Shown here piece after piece: positions 15,364 through 23,354 of a stretch of 29,780 bases of DNA. Under the pieces are notes generated by a model, which had not been told where the DNA came from, ran no database searches, and saw only the letters and a list, made by a program, of their open reading frames with translations. The stretch is taken from assembly GCA_035689945.1 (NCBI GenBank), contig DASSLB010000165.1:1-29780 (forward strand), given 5' to 3'. Made by a program: the position numbers and the translations under genes. Source of the DNA: Gaiellaceae bacterium (GTDB lineage: Bacteria > Actinomycetota > Thermoleophilia > Gaiellales > Gaiellaceae). Numbering within the stretch: position 1 is the stretch's first letter; every line of letters starts with the position of its first letter.

Positions 15364-16536
15364 GTGCGCGGTGACGGGCATGCCGGCTCGCTCACCCGCT
15401 TCCTCCTGGCGGTGTCGGCGTTCTTCGTGACGATGATCGGCACGACGCTGCCGACACCGCTCTACCCGCTCTACGAGCAGCGCTACGGATTCGGGTCGCT
15501 CCTGGTCACCGTGATCTTCGCGATCTACGCCTTCGGCGTGGTCGGCGGGTTGATCCTGTTCGGAAACCTCTCCGACCGGATCGGCCGGAAGCCCATGCTG
15601 CTGCTCGGACTGGTGCTCTCCGCCGCGAGCGCCCTTCTCTTTCTCTTCGCCGACTCGCTGGCGCCGATTTACGCGGGGCGCGTGGTCTCCGGTCTCTCGG
15701 CCGGGATCTTCACCGGGACGGCGACCGCATACGTCATCGACCTCGCTCCCGCCGGCCGTCGCCGCCTCGCGAGCTTCGTCGCCGTCTTCGCAAACCTCGG
15801 CGGGCTCGGCACGGGAACGCTCCTCTCCGGGTCGCTCGGTCAGTGGGCGCCGGATGCGCTGCGAACACCGTTTGCGGTGGATTTCAGCCTCGTCGTCGTA
15901 GCGACCGCGGGCATGCTGCTAGTGCCGGAGACGGTCTCGCGTCAGAGCTCCAGCTTCCGGCTCCAGCGGCTGGGCGTGCCGGCCGAGGTGATCTCAGTTT
16001 TCGTCCGCGCCGCACTGGCAGGCGCGACGGCATTCGCCGTTTCCGGCGTCTTCAGCTCGGTCGGGCCGGAGTTCCTCGGCGTCGGGCTCCACCGCCACAG
16101 CCCCGCGCTCGCCGGCCTGCTCATCTTCGTCCTCTTCCTCACGTCCGTTGCCGGGCAAGGGCTCGTCCTCCGACTCTCGAATGCGCTCGCAGCCGGCTGT
16201 GGTCTCCTCGTCGCCGGAGTCGCCCTCTTGGCCGTCTCGCTGGCGGCCGATTCTGTCGCCGCGCTGTTCGCCAGCGCTACCGTCGCCGGCCTCGGCCAAG
16301 GTGTCGTCATCAGCTCCGGCATCGCCGCCATCGCCGAGCACGCGCCCGCCGAGCGCCGCGGCGAGACCGCGTCGAGCTTCTTTGTCGTCCTCTACTTCGG
16401 GCTGTCGTTACCGGTGATCGCAGCGGGCGTCGCCATCCACTACACCTCGCTGCGCTCGGCAGGTATCGGCTTCTGTGCCGGCGCCGGTGTCCTCGCCCTC
16501 GGCGTGCTCGCGAGTCAGCTCCACTCGAGTACGTGA
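15364..16536 (+). CDS. MFS transporter, substrate unknown (390 aa)
   Basis: About 12 hydrophobic segments, MFS motif A (GNLSDRIGRK), N-terminal GTTLPTPLYPLY. Start re-called because the ORF-track start overlaps murE. Confidence 0.9.
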   Translation: MRGDGHAGSLTRFLLAVSAFFVTMIGTTLPTPLYPLYEQRYGFGSLLVTVIFAIYAFGVVGGLILFGNLSDRIGRKPMLLLGLVLSAASALLFLFADSLAPIYAGRVVSGLSAGIFTGTATAYVIDLAPAGRRRLASFVAVFANLGGLGTGTLLSGSLGQWAPDALRTPFAVDFSLVVVATAGMLLVPETVSRQSSSFRLQRLGVPAEVISVFVRAALAGATAFAVSGVFSSVGPEFLGVGLHRHSPALAGLLIFVLFLTSVAGQGLVLRLSNALAAGCGLLVAGVALLAVSLAADSVAALFASATVAGLGQGVVISSGIAAIAEHAPAERRGETASSFFVVLYFGLSLPVIAAGVAIHYTSLRSAGIGFCAGAGVLALGVLASQLHSST

Positions 16537-16537
16537 A

Positions 16538-18211
16538 TCACCTGATCTTCAGGTCGGGAGGTACCTCGAGGTATTGCAGGTCGAAGGAGGCAATCTGCTC
16601 GAATGCGGGCGCCGCGACGATGCCGCCGTAGATCCCTCCGCGCGGCTGGTCGACGCTGACGAGCACGACGAGGCGCGGGTGCAGCGCCGGCACCATCCCG
16701 ACGAAGGTCGCGACGTACGCGCCGGGGATGTAGCCGTTCGGGCCAGGCTTCTGCGCGGTTCCCGTCTTGCCCGCGACGGTGTAGCCGGGGATCGCGGCGA
16801 GCTGCGCCGTCCCCTGATCCGAGACGACGCCCTGCAGCATCCTCCGCAGCTCGTAGTCGATGTCCGGCGTGAGGACCCTGTGCCGGCGTAGAGGCGACGG
16901 TTTGTCGCCGAGGACGTGATCGACGAGATGCGGCTCGATCCACACGCCGCCGTTCGCGATCGCCGCGTAACTCGCTGCGAGCTGAATCGACGTGACCGAG
17001 ACGCCCTGTCCGATGGGGACGTTGCCGATCGTCGACCCGGACCAGTACGAGGGCAGCAGGCCGGGGCTCTCGCCGGGGAAGTCGATGCCCGTCCGCCGGC
17101 CGAACCCGAAGCGCGCCATCCATTTCTTCAGGCCGGATTCGCCGAGGTACCTCTCCGCGATGGTGATCGCGCCGACGTTCGACGAGCGCTGAAGGATCTG
17201 CGCAACCGTCATCCGCTCGGTCGGCCGGATCTCGGCGTCGTGGATCACGCGGTCGGCGACGTGAATCGAGTACGGCAGGGTGAAGGCTGTCTGGGGCGTG
17301 ACCTTGTGCTCCGACAGTGCTCCGCCGACCGTCACGACCTTGAAAACCGAGCCGGGCTCGAACACGTCGTTCACCGCGTGGTCGACCGTCAGGCCGTGCT
17401 GGGTGGCCTGCGGGAAGCCGTTCGCGTTGAAGCCCGGCTCCTGTGCCATGGCGAGGATCCCGCCGGTGTGCGGGTCGAGCACGATCGCCGTCGCGGACTT
17501 CGCGTGCCACTGGCGCACCGTCTGGTCGAGCACCTGCTCGGCATTCGCCTGCATGTGGCTGTCGAGGGTGAGGAAGACGTCGCGGCCGTCGCGCGCCGGG
17601 CTGTTCTGAATCGTGTTCACGGCTTGGCCGAGCGCATCTCGCACGACCGTGGCGCTGCCCGGCGTCCCCGAGAGCTCCTTGTTCAGCTCACGCTCGAGCC
17701 CGGCGAGACCGGTGTTGTCGACGCCCGCGTAACCGAGCACCGGGGCGGCCACCGTTCCCTGCGGATAGACCCGTTTCTCGTCGGGATTGAAGGTCAGGCC
17801 CGGCAGCTTCCGCGTGGCGAGAGCCGCCGCCCGCGCCGCCGGCGCCTTCCGCCAGATGTAGACGAAGCCGCGGCTGCGGTCCGAGAGCAATCGCTGCACA
17901 TATCGAACCCGAAGCCCGAGCACCTTCGCCACGACCTTCGACTCGTGCACCGGATCGAAGATCTGCAGCGGGTCGGCGATGACGTCGGTTGCCTGCTCGC
18001 CGATCGCGAGCGGCGTGCCCAGCCGGTCGTAGATCGTTCCTCGCCCGGCTGAGAGCACCAGGTCCGCCTTCGTCTGTTTTTGCGCCAGCGAGGTGAGCGA
18101 CGACGCGCGGACGGTCTGGATCCACGCGGCCCGTGCTCCCAGGGCCGCGAAGATGACGAGGATGACGAGGAGGAGCAGACGGAGCCGCGAGTTGACGACG
18201 CGCGGCTTCAA
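16538..18211 (-). CDS. ftsI: Class B penicillin-binding protein FtsI/PBP3 (557 aa, no PASTA domain seen)
   Basis: N-terminal TM helix, RGTIYDR, SxxK (EPGSVFK), SxN (SSN), KTG (GKTGTAQK). TTG 18211 overlaps the ftsL stop. Confidence 0.96.
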   Translation of the reverse strand: MKPRVVNSRLRLLLLVILVIFAALGARAAWIQTVRASSLTSLAQKQTKADLVLSAGRGTIYDRLGTPLAIGEQATDVIADPLQIFDPVHESKVVAKVLGLRVRYVQRLLSDRSRGFVYIWRKAPAARAAALATRKLPGLTFNPDEKRVYPQGTVAAPVLGYAGVDNTGLAGLERELNKELSGTPGSATVVRDALGQAVNTIQNSPARDGRDVFLTLDSHMQANAEQVLDQTVRQWHAKSATAIVLDPHTGGILAMAQEPGFNANGFPQATQHGLTVDHAVNDVFEPGSVFKVVTVGGALSEHKVTPQTAFTLPYSIHVADRVIHDAEIRPTERMTVAQILQRSSNVGAITIAERYLGESGLKKWMARFGFGRRTGIDFPGESPGLLPSYWSGSTIGNVPIGQGVSVTSIQLAASYAAIANGGVWIEPHLVDHVLGDKPSPLRRHRVLTPDIDYELRRMLQGVVSDQGTAQLAAIPGYTVAGKTGTAQKPGPNGYIPGAYVATFVGMVPALHPRLVVLVSVDQPRGGIYGGIVAAPAFEQIASFDLQYLEVPPDLKIR

Positions 18212-18606
18212 CGGCGGGCCGAGGGAAGGACGAGGTACGACGTGTCCGCCGCCGGCGCCTGCACCATCCCGAGCCGGCGTGCCGCCGCCTCGATCCGCGG
18301 CGCCGAGCTGGTGGCGGAGAGCCGGGAGGCCAGGGCCTGGTTCTGGGCCTGGAGCTGCGCCCGCTGCTCGTCGAGCCGCGTCACCGCGACGTGCGCGCGC
18401 AGCACGGCGACGTTGACGGCAACAACCCCGGCGAGGAGGAGCGCGAAGAGGATCATCCAGACGATGTGGGCGCGGACGCGGCGTTGTGTGGGCTTGCGCC
18501 GCGAGCGTGCGGGCGCCGGCCGGCGTTTGGCCGGAGGCCGTCGCCGATGCGGAGCCCGAACCGGCTCCGCGACCTCCGCCGGCGCGAACCAGTCGACTGC
18601 CGCCAA
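18208..18606 (-). CDS. ftsL: FtsL-like cell division protein (132 aa)
   Basis: Basic N-terminus, one TM helix, coiled coil (LDEQRAQLQAQNQALASRL), RIEAAARRLGM. Sits between rsmH and ftsI. Confidence 0.85.
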   Translation of the reverse strand: MAAVDWFAPAEVAEPVRAPHRRRPPAKRRPAPARSRRKPTQRRVRAHIVWMILFALLLAGVVAVNVAVLRAHVAVTRLDEQRAQLQAQNQALASRLSATSSAPRIEAAARRLGMVQAPAADTSYLVLPSARR

Positions 18607-19578
18607 CTACTTCTCCTCCGCCCCGGTCTTCACCGCCACGCGCAGCCGCGCCGATGCGGAGCGCGGATTGGCCGCAATCTCCGCCTGGCCCGGCCGGATC
18701 GGCCGCCGCTGCAGCGCGCGCAGCTCGGGCTCGTGGCCGCAGACGCAGACCGGGAAGTCCGGCGGGCACGTGCAGCCGCGCTCTCGCTCGCGCAGGAACC
18801 GCTTCACGATCCGATCCTCGAGCGAGTGGAAGGAGATCACGGCGAGCCGGCCGCCGGGCCGCAGCATCCCGAGTGCCGCGGGAAGCGCGTTCTCGAGCGA
18901 CTCGAGCTCGTCGTTGACCGCGATCCGCAGGGCCTGGAAGACGCGCTTCGCGGGATGCCCGTCGCCGAAGCGCGCGGGCGCCGGAATCGAGGCTCTGATC
19001 GCGTCGACGAGCTCGCCGGTCCGCTCGAACGGCTGCTCGCGCCGACGGCGGGAGAGCCCGCGCGCGATCTGGCGCGCGTACCGTTCCTCGCCGAAGCGGC
19101 GGAAGATCGTTACGAGGTCGCGCTCGCTCCAGGTATTGACGATGTCGGCCGCACTCACGTCCTGCGTCGGATCCATGCGCATGTCCAGCGGCGCGTCGGC
19201 GGCGTAGGAGAATCCGCGCTCGGGCCGGTCGAGCTGCATCGAGGACACGCCGAGGTCGAGGAGGATGGCGTCTGCCTGAACGCCGTTTCCGGCGAGCTGC
19301 GGCAGGACGACGCCGAAATCGCCCCGTAGTAGTCGCGTGTTCGCCGTTGTCCGCTTTGCGAGCTGCTCGAAATACGTGCGAGCCGTCGGGTCGCGGTCGA
19401 TCGCGATCAGCTTCCCCTTGCCGCGCAGGTCGGCGGCGAGGATCGCGGCGTGACCGCCGGCGCCGAAGGTCCCGTCGATGACGGTCTCTCCGGGCTGCAC
19501 AGCGAGATACGCCCGCACCTCCTCGGCGAGGACGGGGACGTGGTCAGCTTCCCTGGGCTGCAAGACGTTCGGCAACAT
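18607..19578 (-). CDS. rsmH: 16S rRNA m4C1402 methyltransferase
   Basis: HVPVL, DGTFGAGGH, LDLGVSSMQLD, ISFHSLEDRIVK, NPRSASARLR. Start is ATG 19578 (alternative GTG 19587), overlapping the end of mraZ. Confidence 0.97.
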   Translation of the reverse strand: MLPNVLQPREADHVPVLAEEVRAYLAVQPGETVIDGTFGAGGHAAILAADLRGKGKLIAIDRDPTARTYFEQLAKRTTANTRLLRGDFGVVLPQLAGNGVQADAILLDLGVSSMQLDRPERGFSYAADAPLDMRMDPTQDVSAADIVNTWSERDLVTIFRRFGEERYARQIARGLSRRRREQPFERTGELVDAIRASIPAPARFGDGHPAKRVFQALRIAVNDELESLENALPAALGMLRPGGRLAVISFHSLEDRIVKRFLRERERGCTCPPDFPVCVCGHEPELRALQRRPIRPGQAEIAANPRSASARLRVAVKTGAEEK

Positions 19579-19978
19579 CCTCAGCACTCCCTTCGACCTC
19601 GGCGAGCTCGCGCTGCCAGGCAGCGCGGTCCCAGATCTCGAGGCGGTCGTTGACCCCGGCGACGACGACGTCGCGGCCGAGCTTCGCGTGCGCGAGCAGT
19701 GCGGACGGGATGCTCACCCGTCCTTGTTTGTCCGGCGTCGTCTCGCTGGCGCCGGAGAAGAAGTGGCGGTGCATCCGCCGGCCCTGCTGGCTGAGCGGAT
19801 GCAGGGTGGCGAGAGTCGAGTCGCGGTAGTTCTCCCAGCCCTCGGGCGTCCACGCCCAGAGGCAGCCGTCGAGGCCCCGCGTCACGACGATGCCGTCCTC
19901 GAACGCGCGGCGGAACTTCGCCGGAAGCGTGAGACGGTTCTTGTCGTCAATCGTGTGCTCGTACTCGCCGAGAAGCAT
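19544..19978 (-). CDS. mraZ: Transcriptional regulator MraZ (144 aa)
   Basis: GEYEHTIDDKNRLTLP, TRGLDGCL, DKQGRVSIP, GVNDRLEIWD. Confidence 0.98.
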   Translation of the reverse strand: MLLGEYEHTIDDKNRLTLPAKFRRAFEDGIVVTRGLDGCLWAWTPEGWENYRDSTLATLHPLSQQGRRMHRHFFSGASETTPDKQGRVSIPSALLAHAKLGRDVVVAGVNDRLEIWDRAAWQRELAEVEGSAEDVAERLAAQGS

Positions 19979-20003
19979 GGGGCCGCCTTCTCCCTATCTC
20001 TCA

Positions 20004-20045
20004 CCACTGTTCCCCACTATAAACCACATTTCCCCACAAGTCCAC
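20004..20045 (-). promoter_or_regulatory. dcw promoter with MraZ direct repeats
   Basis: GTGG repeats with an exact 10-bp period (plus-strand CCAC at 20004, 20014, 20024, 20034, and one more at 20042). Promoter TGGACT (20044-20039)-N17-TATAGT (20021-20016). Confidence 0.85.
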
Positions 20046-20092
20046 CCCGGTTGGACCATGCCGAAGCCGGGCGGCGTGCGGGGATAGAGGGA

Positions 20093-20572
20093 TCAGACCG
20101 CCTTCTCGGCGGCGCGGAGGCGCGCGGCGAGCGTCCGCAGGAGCTCTTGCGCAAGAGCAGGCTCGCTCCGCAGGAGCTTGCCGAACGCGTTGCGGCTGAT
20201 CGTCATCGTCAGCACCTCGCCGTCCGCGATCACGTCGGCGGAGCGCGGCGAGTCGTCGAACAGCGCCATCTCGCCGAAGAAGTCGCCGGAGCGCAGCCGC
20301 CGAGCGCGTCCCTTCGCCGTGACGACCCGTGCGGTTCCATCGATGAGTACGAAGAACGCCGAGGCGGAGTCACCGGTACGGACGATCGACGTCCCTGGGC
20401 CGTACCGGCGCATGCGGGCGAGCGAAGCGACGCGCTTCAGGTGTCGCCCCGACAGGTTCCGGAACAGCGGAATGTCCGCGAGCACCGGGACCCAGTCGTT
20501 CGCGGTCCGCCCCGTCTCGCCCGGCAGCGAGATGGCAGCGCGAGCGGTTACACCGGCACCTAGCTGGCTCAT
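20093..20572 (-). CDS. Stand-alone cyclic-nucleotide-binding domain protein (159 aa)
   Basis: IPLFRNL, phosphate-binding cassette FFGEMALFDDSPRSADV, C-helix; no HTH follows. TAGGCT 6 nt before the ATG (leaderless geometry). Confidence 0.9.
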   Translation of the reverse strand: MSQLGAGVTARAAISLPGETGRTANDWVPVLADIPLFRNLSGRHLKRVASLARMRRYGPGTSIVRTGDSASAFFVLIDGTARVVTAKGRARRLRSGDFFGEMALFDDSPRSADVIADGEVLTMTISRNAFGKLLRSEPALAQELLRTLAARLRAAEKAV

Positions 20573-20591
20573 GCGCGGAGCCTAACGCTCG

Positions 20592-21422
20592 TCACTCGGC
20601 GTGTACATCGTCGGCCGTCATCTGGTACCCGTAGGCGCCCTGGCCCGTGAGGACCGCTGCGCCGCATCGCGCACCGAGTGCTACCGCCTCGTCGACGGGC
20701 TTCCCGAGGGCGAGCCCGTACGTCAGGCCGGCGGCGAAGCAGTCGCCGCAGCCATAGGCATCGGACACCGGCCCCGGCGGCGTCGCCGCGCGAAAGGGAC
20801 CTCCAGGACGGATCCAGCCGCCCAGCCCGGCCGCGGTCGTGACGACGATCTGCGGCGCCGGCTCGAGCTCGCCGGACTCGAACCGCTCGGCTGCGTCGCC
20901 GCCGCTGCCCACAAGCACGTCTATCTGCACGCCTCCGCGCCGCAGTACCGGAAGCTCACGGGCGGCCGCGACAAGGACGGAACAGTGACGCGCGGCGCGC
21001 AGAGCGGCCACGTCCCCACTCACGAAGTACACGGCGTCACAGCGGCCCAGCTCCTCCCACGGGAGCGACCCGTCCTCTCCGGAGGGTCGCAGCTTCTCGC
21101 CGAGCACCGTGATCGTCCGCTCGCCGCCTTCGTCGACGTGCGTGAACGCCCGGCGCTGCGTCCCGCGGGTGTGACCGGCGTGCACCGTCACGCCGCGAGC
21201 TTCGAGTTCTTCCCGCGACCGGCGGCCCAGTTCGTCGTCGGCAAGTGCGGTGAAGAAGAGACAGGAGCCCGCGAGGTTGGTCAGCTGGACGGCCGCGACT
21301 GCGCCCCCGCCTGCCGCCTCCTCCCACGTCTCGAGCGCGGGCACGATCTCCCCCGGTTCGGGCGTGTGGTCGACACGCGCGAACTCCACCCACTCGATGT
21401 GTCCAACGACTGCGACCTGCAT
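20592..21422 (-). CDS. PfkB/ribokinase-family carbohydrate kinase (276 aa)
   Basis: AGGGAVAAVQL, GERTI, PfkB signature 2 variant DAYGCGDCFAAG. Start re-called to ATG 21422. Confidence 0.9.
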   Translation of the reverse strand: MQVAVVGHIEWVEFARVDHTPEPGEIVPALETWEEAAGGGAVAAVQLTNLAGSCLFFTALADDELGRRSREELEARGVTVHAGHTRGTQRRAFTHVDEGGERTITVLGEKLRPSGEDGSLPWEELGRCDAVYFVSGDVAALRAARHCSVLVAAARELPVLRRGGVQIDVLVGSGGDAAERFESGELEPAPQIVVTTAAGLGGWIRPGGPFRAATPPGPVSDAYGCGDCFAAGLTYGLALGKPVDEAVALGARCGAAVLTGQGAYGYQMTADDVHAE

Positions 21423-21426
21423 GACC

Positions 21427-21451
21427 TCACATCTTGAAGCCGGAGTACGTT
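21427..21451 (+). promoter_or_regulatory. Candidate ECF-type promoter upstream of the sigma-ogt operon
   Basis: TCACA (21427-21431)-N16-CGTT (21448-21451), ending 10 nt before the sigma ATG. Confidence 0.4.
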
Positions 21452-21461
21452 TCAGTGCTCG

Positions 21462-21929
21462 ATGGCCCGTACCGAACTCCCTCCGTTCGAGTGGTTCTAC
21501 GAGTCCCATAGCGGTGAGGTGCTCGCGTTCCTGCGCCGCCGCGCGGGCCGCGACAGGGCCGACGACCTCTTCCAGGAGACCTTCCTGCGCGCACTACGCG
21601 CCTACGGCCGGCTCGAGCACGGGGAGCACCTTCGCGCCTGGGTCTTGACGATCGCGGCAAACGCGGTCGTCGATGCGGCGCGCAGGGAGCGACCGACGGC
21701 CGAACTCGCGGTCGAGCCGACGGGAGAGGACACGCGCCCAGCGGTCGAGGACCTGGCACCGCTTACGGACGGCCTGCCGCCGAAGGAGCGCGCAGCGGTC
21801 GTCCTCCGCTACGGGTACGACCTCGACTACGACGCGATCGGCGCCGCCCTCGGCTCGAACGAGCAGGCGGCCCGGCAGGCAGCCTCCGCAGGCGTGCGGC
21901 GGTTGCGGAAAGAGAAGGAGCAGCGATGA
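21462..21929 (+). CDS. ECF RNA polymerase sigma factor (155 aa)
   Basis: Region 2 (ADDLFQETFLRA...RAWVLTIAAN) and region 4 (LPPKERAAVVLRY...DYDAIGAALG). No C-terminal extension. Confidence 0.92.
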   Translation: MARTELPPFEWFYESHSGEVLAFLRRRAGRDRADDLFQETFLRALRAYGRLEHGEHLRAWVLTIAANAVVDAARRERPTAELAVEPTGEDTRPAVEDLAPLTDGLPPKERAAVVLRYGYDLDYDAIGAALGSNEQAARQAASAGVRRLRKEKEQR

Positions 21930-22492
21930 CAGGAATCCCGACCGTTCTCGATGAGCGCTTCCGCGCGGCGGCTGCCGCGTCCGGCGACCTCGACGTGGCC
22001 TACGACGTTCTCGACGACACGCCGGTGGGGCCGCTGCTGGTCGGTGTCTCCGAGCACGGCCTGTGCCGCGTCGGCTTCGAGCCGGAGCCGGAGGCGGAGC
22101 TCGAGCGCCTGGCGCAGCAGTTCGGCCCGCGCATCCTGCGCACCCCGAGGGCGCTCGACCGCGTGCGCACAGAGCTCGACGAGTACTTCGCGGGCCGTCG
22201 GCACGCGTTCGACCTGGAGCTCGACCTCCGGGCGACGCCGGAGTTCCACCGGCGTGTCCTCCAGGAGCTGAACCGGGTCGAGTACGGCCACACCACGACC
22301 TACGGCGCGCTCGCCTTGAAGGTCGGCGCCCCGCGCGCGGCGCGCGCCGTCGGAACCGTGATGAACCGGAACCCGCTGCCGATCGTCCTCCCCTGCCATC
22401 GAGTGGTGGGAGCGAACGGGAGCCTTACGGGCTACGGCGGCGGCCTCGACCGAAAGGAATGGCTCCTGCGGCTCGAGGGCGCCCTGCTCTAG
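21926..22492 (+). CDS. ogt: Methylated-DNA--protein-cysteine methyltransferase (188 aa)
   Basis: TPVGPLL, TTYGALA, ARAVGT, active site NPLPIVLPCHRVV, LTGYGGG. ATGA-coupled to the sigma gene. Confidence 0.96.
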   Translation: MTGIPTVLDERFRAAAAASGDLDVAYDVLDDTPVGPLLVGVSEHGLCRVGFEPEPEAELERLAQQFGPRILRTPRALDRVRTELDEYFAGRRHAFDLELDLRATPEFHRRVLQELNRVEYGHTTTYGALALKVGAPRAARAVGTVMNRNPLPIVLPCHRVVGANGSLTGYGGGLDRKEWLLRLEGALL

Positions 22493-22702
22493 CTAGTGGA
22501 AGTGCCCCCAGCGGGTGGCGATGACGAGGCAGACGAAGCCGACGGCGATTGCGAGCCCGCCGACGACCTCGCCGGCGCGGCGACCGAACGGCGTCAGTCC
22601 GCCCACGAGCAAGGCGAGCCCGCCGACGGCCCCAACCGCCTCACCGACCTCTGCAAGCCGGATGCCAGTGTGCGTCTTGAGCGTGAATGCGAGTGTGAGC
22701 AT
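22493..22702 (-). CDS. Small Gly-rich membrane protein (69 aa)
   Basis: MLTLAFT...GEAVGAVGGLALLVGG...GEVVGGLAIAVGFVCLVIATRWGHFH: two hydrophobic segments, high GC3. GATCAT 6 nt before the ATG. Confidence 0.7.
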   Translation of the reverse strand: MLTLAFTLKTHTGIRLAEVGEAVGAVGGLALLVGGLTPFGRRAGEVVGGLAIAVGFVCLVIATRWGHFH

Positions 22703-22797
22703 GGCGCGATGATCGCCGCAGCGGCGGACGGAGCGGTACTCGCCAGGATCGCGCCGCGGCGACGCCCGCAATGGCGCCGGCCTAGCGCCGACGGTCT

Positions 22798-22826
22798 GAG
22801 GGAGGCGGCACTGTGCCGCCTCCCTC
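22798..22826. terminator. Perfect 13-bp hairpin, possible bidirectional terminator
   Basis: GAGGGAGGCGGCA-CTG-TGCCGCCTCCCTC. No U-tract. Confidence 0.5.
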
Positions 22827-22934
22827 GCGGCGTGGGCCAGATTTGCCCTGGCAGCCCTGACGCCTCTTGCTCCCAGATACGAGGCCGCCGACCGTTCTTG
22901 CCGCCGCCACGGATGCCGGATCGGCGTCGCGGAC

Positions 22935-22994
22935 ATGCAACTCACGATGCTGGCCGTGACGCTGCTCTGGCTCGCAGTCGTCGGGCTCCTCTGA
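22935..22994 (+). CDS. Candidate 19-aa hydrophobic peptide MQLTMLAVTLLWLAVVGLL
   Basis: Below the ORF-track size limit. 17 of 19 codons end in G/C; no charged residues. No convincing SD or -10 box. Confidence 0.35.
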   Translation: MQLTMLAVTLLWLAVVGLL

Positions 22995-23024
22995 CGGTCG
23001 CCTGATCGACGACGTGCCCGAACG

Positions 23025-23255
23025 TCAGGGACCGAAGTGTTTCCGCGCCCAACCGACGAGCGCATCGACGTCAGACGGGTCCGGAAAGTCGCCGGGCAGA
23101 TCCTCATCCTCCGGCAAGTACGTGTGCCCCGGCCAATCCGGCTCGCCGCCGTCCGGGTCCCATGAAAGGCGCCAGGCCCCGGTCTCGGCGTCTTGGCAGA
23201 GGACGATCCAGCCGCGGGTGAGTCGCTCTCTCTGGTAGACGGCGGTTTCCATCAT
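23025..23255 (-). CDS. Hypothetical acidic, Trp/Pro-rich protein (76 aa)
   Basis: SD GGAGG 7 nt before the ATG, coding-like GC3, non-shadow composition. Confidence 0.7.
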   Translation of the reverse strand: MMETAVYQRERLTRGWIVLCQDAETGAWRLSWDPDGGEPDWPGHTYLPEDEDLPGDFPDPSDVDALVGWARKHFGP

Positions 23256-23354
23256 CCCATTGCCTCCCTCGCTCGGCGACGTCGTATGCGTCGTTATCGA
23301 TCAGCAACAGTGAGGTCCCGATAACTCGCGAGAGGTAGAACGCTCGCTTGCGCG

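Noticed and set aside
597-18769. Apparent fusions or long N-terminal extensions in the ORF track (gcvPA to 2750, methyltransferase-like to 12776, mraY to 13579, murF to 14835, ftsI to 18769)
   Set aside because: The extensions are off-frame readings of the upstream genes; proper starts exist at NTGA overlaps.
22703-23107. 204-aa extension of the 69-aa membrane protein and the overlapping 169-aa plus-strand ORF
   Set aside because: Low-complexity Arg/Ala-rich translation that crosses a strong hairpin; coding-like signal begins only at ATG 22702.
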